Assembly: GCA_013265495.1 (NCBI GenBank)
Contig: MU061579.1
Location: forward strand, 2,787,319 to 2,851,318
Direction: 5' to 3'
Length of the DNA: 64,000 nucleotides
Origin: Vicugna vicugna
Lineage: Eukaryota
The notes beneath the pieces are model-generated. The model searched no databases. It saw only the letters and a list, made by a program, of their open reading frames with translations, and was not told the origin of the DNA. The position numbers and the translations under genes were made by a program. Shown here one piece after another: positions 52,931-64,000 of this stretch (position 1 is the stretch's first letter; the number at the start of each line of letters is the position of its first letter).

Positions 52931-53544
52931 AATCTTCTTTACACACACTCGGCTTGTGTTAAACCTTCTTACACTGTACAGCTCCTTTGGTTATCTACAG
53001 CTGATCAATTAAGCCTCTCCTGCACTTTTATTCCATCTTTGCTAGGACAAATCCCTTCACCTAGAAAGCACTCTACTAAGGTATTTGTCAATGTTTAATC
53101 TGTCTTTACGGGTAGTTTCAGTTTTTACTATTACATGACTTCTTTCCCCCCAGGTTCTTCAGTTTGAGTTAAACCTGTCCATTCCTGTTTTCTTTTTATA
53201 AGTTATTGGAGTAATTTTTACAGGAAAATCATTCTCACATTTGAGTTCATTGACAGCAATCTACCTATCTAGACAACAATTCAAACTCCTAGTGACCTCT
53301 ATAGGTCGACTGGTATATAGAAACAGCTAGTAACTCCTCATAATAGACGTTCAGTTTGGGTCTGTTAAAGTGAATTTGTTTAAGACAGTCCCAAATGTTG
53401 AAATGAATGCTCTTTTGAACTGCATCATCCTGAAAAGGGGTTGGTGCCTGGGACACTGAGAAAAAAGGAGGCTGTGAGAAATAGTAGTGAAGATATTTGT
53501 AATTAGTTCATAAAACAGCATATTTATTGTTCCCCCTTCTGTGT

Positions 53545-53742
53545 AATTGCAATTAATTTTATAATATTCTTTTAAAACTTATCTCAGTATAATTATATGT
53601 TTATATTTCTGTATCATCCACTAGACTGTGAGTTACATGATAATAAGTATTATGATTTATTCAATTCTGTCTTGGAAAATCTTGCACAGTGCTTGACCCA
53701 TTGTTTGTATTCAGAAAATGCTTATTAAATGATGAATGAACA
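53545..53742 (+). mobile_element. L2 3' end
   Basis: ccactagactgtgagtt..gcacagtgcttg..tattca..aaatg..atgaatgaa. Confidence 0.75.
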
Positions 53743-54951
53743 AATGTACAAACAAAAGACTCAAATTTGGAATTTGAGCTGCTTGCATCTCTCAAAGGAA
53801 ACCTAGGAATATTGTGGTGGTGGTTAAATTTGTGACTGGAAAATGTGTAAATGTTTTATTCCCATTATTTTTTAATACTGAAAAAAAATGGAATAATTAC
53901 CAAGACAATTATCCACATTTCCCTGAATATTGTCTTCACTTACAATTAAGAAACCTCTAAATCATTGTTCCACAAATTGCTTTTCTCCCAATTATTCTAG
54001 AAGGCTTCAGAGGATTCACTTTGTAACATGAGCAAGTTTTTTGCCACCATGTGACTTTCTTATTATACTTCATCAACAGTTACATCTCTCCTTGGCTAGT
54101 CAGGGAGACCAATCTGAGGGAAAAACACTAAGAATTTTCTTAGGTCAAGTCAAGGAAACATAGCTCATCTTAAAATGAGTTTGAAACATCTTTGGAGTTT
54201 ATTAAATCCCATGTAGATAGTCTACTAATGGACAAAATTTTTAAAAATTCTCTGCAATTACTCAGTTAAGTCACAGACACCTTTAATATTCCATCTAACC
54301 CTGCCACACATACACACTAAATTTAAGATTTTAATTATTTAGAAATTAAATTAGACAATCTCTAATGTTCTCTCAACTCAGAGTTCCTATAGCATATTCA
54401 TTCAGGTATTTATTCATTCACACATTAATATTACACATTTTTTCTAAGTGACTAAAATGGTTTGATGCTAGGTAAGCACTAAGGATGAGTTCAAAAATGA
54501 AAAAAAAAAGTAAGAGGAAAAAGTGAGTCACCATCCTTGTTTTGCAGCATAATATTTAATATTTAAACAATTTACTTAACCTTTTGGATTCTTGTTACTT
54601 CTCCATAAAGTGGGAATAATAGTAACCTTGTAAGAAGAAAAGGAAAATAAAAATAAAAAGAAGTCGCTTAAGAGGTAGGATAAAAACCAAGTGTTACAGG
54701 TCATGGGAGCAAAGGGAGAAGAGAATTGATGTTACCTCTAAAATGTTAGGAAATAAAAGAAGTATGTTGTGTAGCATAAAAGCCACGTTGAGGAGAAAAT
54801 GGCAGCCAGAGAGATCAACCAGTTCCATTATTTATGTAATAAACATGTATTGATTTACCTTTTTGTTCTAGTCACTGCAGTGGGTGTTGGCAATACAAAG
54901 ACTCATGCAAAATAGTTTCTTCCTTAAAGAAACCTCTTGAACTTTATTTAG

Positions 54952-55112
54952 AAGGCATTGAATTCACCTCAGCTGCTTCTTAAAATACTTTGCCTCTCAA
55001 CCTACATAGTTTTAGATTTAGTTAGTGTGAGCTAGTGCCCAGAAAAATATATTTTTAAACAAGCAACGTTCATGATTATGAGCAGGCGATTGGTGGACTG
55101 CTCTTTGAAATG
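54952..55112. mobile_element. MER5-like DNA transposon relic
   Basis: cattgaattcacct..ttaaaata..tttttaaacaagc..tgatt..ctttgaaa. Confidence 0.5.
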
Positions 55113-56089
55113 AGACAGCTTTGGAGATGATGCATTGAATGTTCTTCAAAAAGCAGAAGAAGCTTAAAAGAAGTAAAAGAAGCTTTCAAATATGAAATGG
55201 TCTCATTTAGTTTTAAAAATCTCTTTAAGATTTTTGAATCAAAAAAGTTAAATTATATAGACTTGAATGTCTTTCGTGTGTCATCTTGTCTTCCATTTCA
55301 TTGTTCAAGATCCTGAATATCAACCTTCATATGGTGTTTGGAAAATATTTAAGGGAAATAATCTTTTGTTATCCTGAAAAGTGGAAAATAATGTTGCATC
55401 ACTGCATTCATAATAGGCAAAGATTTTATGGAACATACACACTGCAACAGAATTGCAAACATAATTTGTGAAGAGGAGAGATCAAGTCAGGTGAAACGTA
55501 AAGGAAGAAAACTTGGCTATAAAGATAATCGAATGACAGGACGAATTATGAAGAGTAGCGGAATAAGCTATGTTCTTGTGTGTGAGGAAAGTAGAAGAAA
55601 TAGCTACTCTCATTGTTAATTTAGGCACTTGATGTCAGAATTTTAGTGTAATTAAGACATTATTAATCCTAAGAGTGTTCTTCAATGGATTTTTATGCAT
55701 TCAACAACAGGAAAAAAATACCTACAAGGACAGTTTCATGAATTTGACAACCTATACAAGTGATCTTAACTGTTTGCATGAAGGTTTGTCAGAAAGCATA
55801 TAATAAAATGCTCACACATAAAGAACATCCAAAAAAAAGGTTTTTTACAACCTGAAGTGCATGTGTGGTCCTTGGCTGAGTTCCTTGATTCTTAATGAAA
55901 CTCCAGGCTAATGAGATGGGCAATCAGAAAAAAATATATTTACTAAAACTCTAGTGAGAAATTGGGGGTCTGGACAATATTGCTCTTAGGTTTAAGTAAG
56001 AAAGTGGATACAAAATCAGAGAGAGGGTCAGTCTTTTCAGCGAAGCATGGTTTTAGTCAATAGAAGACTCCAGTGCAAGTATTCCTTCT

Positions 56090-56430
56090 GTTGGAAGTTT
56101 TAGCACAGTGACAGCGAGAAAGCAGGCAGAAATGATCTATTCTGCTCATTATATAGTTTAGATCATTAAGACTTCAACACTGAAGGTGACTAGATTAGGT
56201 AAGAGAATACCATCGGATGAAGAGAAAAGTTGTTCATGAGATCATATATGACGTGTTAGTGGCTTCTGAAAATTATAGAATAAGACATGTCAGGATGGTT
56301 ATAATCTGACATTACTACCTAGGAAGAAGGTAACAGGCAAAGCATGAGTCACACATGACATTTTGAAGACAAGCTGTCACCTAAGAATAAAATTTTGATC
56401 TATGTTCATATGACTTGAGTTTATATGTGT
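56090..56430 (+). mobile_element. L3/CR1 ORF2 3' relic
   Basis: Degenerate match to the L3 ORF2 end (catatatga..cctaggaagaag..tttgaag..gctgtcac). Confidence 0.4.
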
Positions 56431-56617
56431 GAAGAGTGATTGTTTGCAAGGATAGTGTGTGTCCTTAGACTATGCTGAACAATATATTATCTAGTGAAAA
56501 TGGTGTGAAATCTAGTGTGAAACATTCATTCTTGTATGATTAAGTTTTCATCAGTTTATGGTATAATTATAGCAAAGAGTAAGTCAGAAATGAATCTCAT
56601 CAATTGGATATACAGAT

Positions 56618-57068
56618 TTTATCAGTCAGCATCCCAGAAGGAACCAGAATTCACCCCAGATGGTTAAAATGTTAGGAACCACAGAATCATGGGCAAAGTT
56701 AAAAGAACAAACAAGGGATGGTGAGGGAGATTGGTGAAGCATTGCTTTCTCTGAGATTAAAGCACACAGGGAAGGAATAGGGTTGCCAGAGATTCGTGAT
56801 ATTGGGAGAGGAGGAGAGGTCACCTGGTGGTATTCTAAAGCAATGCAAATCAGCGCTGAGAGGACGGGATAATAAACCTCTCTCTTCTCCTTTCCAAGGG
56901 TCGGGTGCTTTTGCCTCCATCAACCAGACACCAGTTGGCTAGGGAACCAAAAGATGTAGTCTACCAAGGTCAACCACACTCCATCCTCGTCTCAAACACA
57001 GAACAGGAAATAAAGGGGCAGAGGATGAGGACTATATCCTGTGGGCGGAGACTGAGAATAACCCAGAG
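56618..57068 (-). mobile_element. LTR33/LTR41-like ERVL LTR
   Basis: atcagtcag..cccag..gaattcaccccagatgg..aacaagggatggtg..agggaacc..gatgtagtc..aggtca..acagaacagg. Confidence 0.7.
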
Positions 57069-57771
57069 TGAGGTGCTAGTTTAGACAGGATGATTGCAAG
57101 GTAATTTCTAGGCTATTCCCTTTATACAGGCTATAGGGAGGGTATCATTTTAATGCAAACAAGCTAGATACACTGTAATTATGCCTTTTCTATGACAAAT
57201 TTCATAAAACTGAGATTTAGCTCTTTAAAATAAGGGAGAGTTTATTCGAATGTACATTATATTTTCTTGGTTGAGTTGATTAATGAAACTAATTTTTTTA
57301 ATGTAAGAATATTACTTCAGAGTTTAGTATATTATAATATAAGTAGCAGAAATGATAGAAAAAGAAAAGACTTTTTAGGCAAGTGTTTTACAATGCCCTT
57401 TAATCCTAGGCAGATTATAAATACATCTGTGTTCATGTTCTAAGTGTAGACACTGTATTTTGCATATGCAGTGTCTTGATCTGTACTATGCATGATACCA
57501 TGTTTGAATTTATATCCACCTACTTTGCTCAATTAGGGTCTTTTTAAATAGCTAAGTAAACCTCTTTAAAAAAAAAAAAGCACAAAAATAGCATCCTCTG
57601 AAACACTTGGATCCAAAATAGAATCTATGTGAAACTCAAAAAACCAGAGTAGAACTTTTACAACTCCTTCAGTTTAAAATACTTGGAAATAACTAGTGGG
57701 TGTGACATATCCATCATTTTTTTTTTATTGATTTAAGGTCACTTTTTAGGTTTTCTCTACAGATTATTTAA

Positions 57772-57789
57772 ACACACACACACACACAC
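57772..57789. repeat. (AC)n microsatellite
   Basis: Seen directly. Confidence 0.85.
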
Positions 57790-58020
57790 TTTCTGTAGTA
57801 CCAAGATGAAGTTACTATTTGATTCAATTATCTGTAACTTGTACGCCGGAAATGAAGTTTGTGGATGAAGTGTGGTGTGGGTGTGGGTGTTAGAGATTGG
57901 TGATGTGAACAGTTAGTTAACCTATTTTCTAACCAACGCAAACCTCCTCTTAAATCATACCTATTTCTAACATGGGCAACAAGAAGCAGTATCCAGAGCT
58001 GTCTGTGATCAAAAGTCACT

Positions 58021-58231
58021 AGGGAGTTCAAGATTTGCAACTATTAACTACTATATATAAAATAGATAAAAGACAAATTTCTGGATAGCACAGGGAACTA
58101 CATTTAGCATCCTGTAGTAATCTGTAAGGAAAAAGAATAGGAAAACAAATATATGTATGTATATGTATGACTGAAATATTATGCTATACACCCGAAATTG
58201 ATACATTGCAACTGGCTATACTTGCATTAAA

Positions 58232-58267
<36 letters not shown>

Positions 58268-58283
58268 CATAATCATAATAATA
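58021..58283 (+). mobile_element. Camelid-type L1 3' end with (AAT)n tail and 14-bp TSD
   Basis: gggagttcaagatttgca..atagcacagggaacta..tgtatgactgaa..gaaattgatac; TSD aaaagtcactaggg (58011-58024) and aaaactcactaggg (58284-58297). Confidence 0.9.
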
Positions 58284-59305
58284 AAAACTCACTAGGGCAC
58301 TGACTTCCAGGCAGACGTGTGTCTTGCTCCTTTGTAAGGTCGCAGGCTTCCTCTCACCCTCCACTAGAAGAGTCAGCAAAGGCACCTTCATAGTCAGAAG
58401 GCCCACGTTGAAAACTTGTCCTGCAGAGTTAGAGACAACGCAAAGAGGAGGTAGTTTATGCACAGAAGGAAAACATAGAGAGGTATCATTTACTAAATTA
58501 CTATGTACCCATTCCTTTCCCATCTTCAGAAAGCTGTATTGCTGGTAGTCTCAGTGCATGCTAGGGAAAAAGGGGGGTGTGTGTGTGTGTGTGCACGCGT
58601 GCACGCAGTGTTCCCATTCTATCAGCTATTAGTTATGTGACTTTGATCAATTTATCAAAACTCCAAAAACTTAGCTTCTGGCACTTTGGAAAGTGTTGAA
58701 TAGATTGGCAATTTTTATTGTAAAATCAGCATTTTACATTTATAATCTCTAATCCTTACAGTCATCCTTCAAGGCAAATAATTATAGTCTCCCACTTTAT
58801 TTTCTATTTTTAAAATTTGACTGATTTATTTTTTGATGTCAGGAACATAGTTTTTTATTTTGTAAATAAATTATTTGAATTGATACACATCTAACATGTT
58901 CGAATAATAGAGCCCTCAAGTAGGCTGACTTTCTAGGAGAAAAAAAAATATTTGCAGGTTTCATCTTTGAAAAAAATACACTGAGTCTCTAAGTAATGGT
59001 TAATTACATAAAAAATATATTTGCTATTACCCTCTGCTTCACAGCTATCCTGAAGATTTTATCCAGAATCCTTTTAGGTCACTTCAAGGCACAGTAAACT
59101 TTATTAAGTACTACTAGTTTTCCAAAAAGAAGTTAAATATATCACAACGGGCTATCAAATTACTCAGTATACATGGAGCTGCATTTTTAAAATGTTCTTG
59201 TTGAAAAAGTCTACTATTGATTTTTACCCAAATCCTCTCCAATTATAATTAAAAATAAAACTTTTAAAGATAGATGCTGAAAGAAATAAATGAATTGGTA
59301 ATTAC

Positions 59306-61447
59306 TTTTTTTAGTAAAGTATAGTTGATTTACAATATTATGCTAGTTTCCAGTGTACAGTGTAGTGATTCAATATTTATATAGATTATACTCCATTTGA
59401 AGTTATTTTAAAGTATTGGCTATATTTCCTGTGCTTACAATGTATCACTGATGCTTATTTAAGTTATATACATAGTATTTTGTACCTCTTAATCCCCTAC
59501 CCCTATTGTGATCTCTCCCCTCCCCTCTCCCCATTGGTAACCACTAATTTGTCCTCTATATTGTGAGTCTGTTTCTGTTTTATTATATTCATTTGTTTGC
59601 TTTATTTTTCAGAGTCCACATGTAAGTGATAACACAGTTTTTTTCTTTTTCTGACTTATTTCACATAGCATAATACTCTCTAGGTCAATTCATCTTGTTG
59701 AAAATGGGAAGTTTCATTCTTTCTAGTTTTTGTGTGTCTATTGTAGGTTTTTTTGGTTTTTTTTTTTTTTGAGTTGTGGTTACCATGGGGTTCATATACA
59801 TTGACTTTTAACTCGTTCTGCTTGCTTTCACCTTGTAGTCATTTAAATTTGAATACTTCTAACAGATCTACTTGATCTAAATCTAAACAGTTTTTCACTC
59901 CCCTCCTCCAATATTTTGTGTTTTTGGTATCACATTTTATATCTCTGTTTATTCTTTCACTATTTATTGCAGTTAAAATTTCGTTTACAACATCTGTGTT
60001 TTAATCTTTGTATCAGCTTGAGTTGTCAGTACACAGACTTTTTACTATGTATTGGCCTTTATCAATGGAATTTTTCCTTTCCTATAAATTCTTAATTCCA
60101 TTGTAGCCTTTTCTTTTCCACTTAGAAAAGACCATTTAACATTTTTTTAAAGATTGACTTAGTGTTGATGAATTCTTTAGCTTTTGCTTGTCTAAGAAGT
60201 TATTTTTTATCTTTTCTTTGATTCCTGAATTATAATTGTTCTGGATAGAGAATCATAGGTGTGGGTTTTTCCCTCTCAGCACTTTAAACATACCGTGCCC
60301 CCTCCGTCTGGCCTGCAGTTTCTGAAGAAAAATGGAGCTGATAACCTTATGGCAGCTCCATTACATGTGACTCTGTTTTTATCTTGCTGCCTTTAGAATT
60401 CTTTCTTACCTTTACATCTTATCATTTTAATTGTGATATGTTTTGGTGTGGGTCTCTTTGGGTTTATCATCTTTAGACCCCTCTGTGCTTCCTGTACATG
60501 GATATCTGTTTCCTTCCTCAAGTTCAGGAAATTTTCAGCCATAATTTTATCAAATATATTTTTGACCTCTTTCTTTCTTCTACTTCTAGGACCTCTATAA
60601 TGTGAATGTTAATATGCTTGATGTTGTCTTAGAGATCCCTTAAACTGGTCTCATTTTTTAAAAATTTGTCTTTCTTTTTGCTGTCCTGATTGAATGATTT
60701 CCATTATTCTATCTCCCAGAACACTTATGCATTCTTCTGTATCATGAGTCTGCTTTTAACTCTTTCTAGTGTGTTTTTAATTTCAGTTATTATATTCCTC
60801 AGTTCTGACTGGTTCTTCTGGTTCTTTTTTTTCTTTTAATATTTTCTAGTTTCTTGTTAAAAGCCTCATTGTGTTCATGTATTCTTTTCCTCAGTTACCA
60901 TGCTTATTACAAATTCTCTGAACTCTTTATCTAGTAAATATCATCTTGGTGAGAGTTGGGACCAAAGATTGAGAAGCTAGAGTTGCAACCAGATGTGAGG
61001 CAAGGCTTCTCCTATGTTAGGTGGCTGACGCTGACCTATAGGGTACACAATTGGGTTCTAAGTTCCTGGTAGAAGCCCTAAGTTTTGCATTTGAGATGGT
61101 TCCATTACTTCTAAGTGTGCCCTCCCTCCACTCCCAGCATCAGCACTTTTGCACCAGAGGGGAGCAGCACTGGGGCAAGAGGAACTGGTGCTGACACTTG
61201 ATGAGGTTCAGGGTGTGCACTGGGGTGGTCCTGACACACCAGTCAACTTTCCAGGCCACCCCGTCTACTGTCCTCATGAGTACCAGTAATGGCCATGCTC
61301 ACCCTGTTCAGGTACAGTGCCAGGTCCAAGCTGGTTCTGTTCTCCCTAACTGCACTCTCTTCTTGGTAATAGCCAGTTTTGCCCTACCGGAGAGCTAGAG
61401 GGGCCAAAGCAGGTGCTCCGTGTGAGCTGGGGTACATGCTGTGGTAG
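59306..61447 (-). mobile_element. Half-L1 (HAL1-like): 5' UTR, decayed ORF1, spacer and 3' UTR, no ORF2
   Basis: L1 3' UTR at 59306-59722 joins the ORF1/ORF2 spacer; minus translation near 60230-60405 gives ERILKAAR..IRLSA..QARR..FKVL.GKN..ILYP across frameshifts (ORF1p); GC-rich 5' UTR at 60945-61447. Confidence 0.8.
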
Positions 61448-61457
61448 TCGTACAAAT

Positions 61458-61986
61458 ATATATATCTTCAGATACAAGCCCAGGAGTGGGATTGCTGGAT
61501 CATATGGTAAGTCTAGTTTTAGTTTTTTGAGGAATCTTCATACTGTTTTCCATAATGGCTGCACCAAACTGCATTCCCACCAGCAGTGTAGGAAGGTTCC
61601 CTTTTCTCCACACCCTCTCCAGCATTTATCGTTTGTGGACTTTTGAATGATGGTCATTTTGACTGGCATGAGGAGATACCTCATTATAATTTTGATTTGC
61701 ATTTTTCTGATGATTAGTGATAGTGAGCATTTTTTTCATATGTCTATAGGCCAATTGTATGTTTTTGTTGGAGAATTTGTTATTTAAATCTCCTGCCTTT
61801 TTTGGATTGGGTTGTTTGTTTATTAAGTTGTATGAGCTGTTTATATATTCTGAAAATTAAGTCTTTGTCAGTCACATCATTTGCAAATACTTTTTCCCAT
61901 TCCGTAGGTAGTCATTTTGTTTTGCTTATGGTTTCCTTTGCTGTGCAAAAGCTTATAAGTTTAATTAGGTCCCATTTGTCTATTTT
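61458..61986 (-). mobile_element. Younger camelid-type L1 ORF2 C-terminal fragment lacking its 3' end
   Basis: cccaggagtgggattgctggatcatatggtaagtct..ggctgcaccaaactgcattcccaccagcagtgtagg..tttgctgtgcaaaagctt..ttaattaggtcccatttg. Confidence 0.9.
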
Positions 61987-64000
61987 AAGATCTACTCTTT
62001 TGAACATCTATGACTTACATCCTGGCCTTCTAATCTAGTTCCATTTCCTGGTTGATGATACCCCATTTTCATCTCATATCTAGATAAGTATACCATTTGG
62101 CAGATTTGCCTTGATGAGCTGAAATTTTGCTCGTGGCAATTATTTGCCATTATTTTTCTTTCATTATATTCCAAGGTAAATTTTTTCTCAGCTTCTGTCC
62201 TTGATCTATCTAGTGGTCTTAGTTTCTGCTTTGCATGAGTTAGAAATTAGCCATGGGTTGAAAAATCTAATACTGAATAGTTGATGTTTTCCATTTTCAA
62301 ACTGAAGGAATGTATTTCTGTAGAATTAAAATGAAAAAGTATAAAGGTGTTTTTTAAATTCCACTTTTAGAGTTTGCTTACAGTTACTTGCTTATGAGTA
62401 GTTTTATGAGTATGAGAGTTTTATAGACATTATATGTGGTCTTTACTGAGCACCAGCTAATACTGCATTGGTAAATAATTGTGGATTTTGGTTCAGTTGT
62501 GTTTTTGGACAAACATGTAACAAACAGCATAATTACACATTCATATTTTATAGAAGATCGCATATGATGTTACACAAATGTACAGTAAATCTAGTTTCAA
62601 CCTAATTCAGGTGGACTCAAATATGTGCATTTATTTTCCATCCATATACATGTCAAATGCATGTGAAATATACAAAAAGTACATGATTTTCCATTAGTAT
62701 TTTCAGCCATGAGATAGAATTGTATTTTTTTAATTCATGCTTTCTAGCAAATTTCTTTCAGAATATGTGCATAAAAGGGAATGAAGCTCTGTGTAGCCGT
62801 CTGTATCATAGCATGATGTGCTGGGTGTAAAAGAAATTGTACTTCTTCTACTGTGCCACTTGTGTACACATACATACATGGAAGAAAATTTTGAGTTTGA
62901 GCGAGGTGTTCTGCAATATGACAAATAGGGTCAAACTGCCAAGATTTCAAAGAGTTATTTTCTTTAATTATAGCTTAATGGAAAACAAAAGAATTTTGGA
63001 GACAATTAGCCTGTTATGTTGTATATCAGATAACATGTTACATTTATCTTGTTCTGCTGACTTGAACTTATCAAGACTTGAATGTACCTTTATATTTTTT
63101 TTTTCCTGAAGCTCTGCTACACAGCAGATGGGATGTCTAACATCCTTTTCTATTTAAAACATGCAAGTTCTAATCAACAGGAGGGTTTTAGAATGTTAAA
63201 CCAGCCAGCCATAAGAAATGTGTCATGCAGTTTCCTGTCATTCTAATTAATTAGATAGCATTATTTGTTGTCCCCAATGAACCTAAATGAGCTCAGTGCT
63301 GGGATAATAGCTTCATTCTTACCAAAGATTTGTTTTCATATTATTGGCTTAGATTGGAGAAAAAAATCAAATATTCCAAGATTACTCCAAACGCATGAGA
63401 ACTGTCATTTATATAGAAGACCTACATGTTTAACCTTCTCTCAAGATCACATAAATATTTTAACATTTTAGGATACTTTTACTTGGAAATTATACTTTAA
63501 TATCGTGTCTCTTTTATTTTCAAAATGTACTATAACATTTTTATGGCAAGATTTTTCCAGTCTATTGTAGTATTCAATTATATTTATTGAGACAGTGTGT
63601 CCTCAGTATTACAAGTAGCCTATTATTGTATGCTATTCATGTTCTTAAACTACTGACTGAAATAAATGGTATGTAAATTGTTAATTAGTGTGCAACCCAT
63701 AAATAAAACATACTTTATGGAATTTCTGCCTTAATTACTGGAAAACAAATGATCACAAAATAGTGAAAATCAGGAGACAATTTAGCAGACAATCTAACCT
63801 AAAATATTTAATCTTATTCTGAAGGCTATCATGTGAGATTATAAAATGGAAGAGATATGTTAAGTAAAAGACTAATGATAATAGAAAATTAAACAAAAGC
63901 AAGAATACTAATTCTAGGATATGGTTCCTGAAAATATGTTTGAACCCTTGAACGTGATGAATATTTACTTATCATTATCACTCTTAAAATGTTTACATAT

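Noticed and set aside
58227..58523. Poly-Tyr ORF
   Set aside because: Antisense translation of the (AAT)n L1 tail.

Overview
AT-rich, repeat-dense mammalian non-coding DNA (intergenic or large intron). The lineage-specific L1 3' ends and the lack of obvious ruminant, cetacean or pig SINEs suggest a cetartiodactyl, most likely a camelid (inference). I recognise no protein-coding exon; the ORF track is spurious or transposon-derived. Content: old MIR, L2, L3, MER58, MaLR and ERVL relics, several L1 fragments, two ERV1-type solo LTRs, two young ERV2/betaretroviral solo LTRs with perfect 6-bp TSDs, a two-LTR MaLR element and an ORF2-less half-L1. Best finds: (1) a hairpin closely matching one NXF1/TAP-binding loop of the Mason-Pfizer monkey virus constitutive transport element (CTE), inside the solo LTR at 20157-20765; (2) a tailless 5'-half tRNA-Thr(UGU) retrocopy with TSDs at 23427-23464; (3) the half-L1 abutting a younger L1 piece at 59.3-62 kb; (4) a speculative spliced transcript with a Kozak-started micro-ORF next to the only obvious non-repeat CpG-rich patch (43.7-46.9 kb). 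Repeat family names come from remembered consensus sequences, not database searches, and boundaries of old repeats are approximate.
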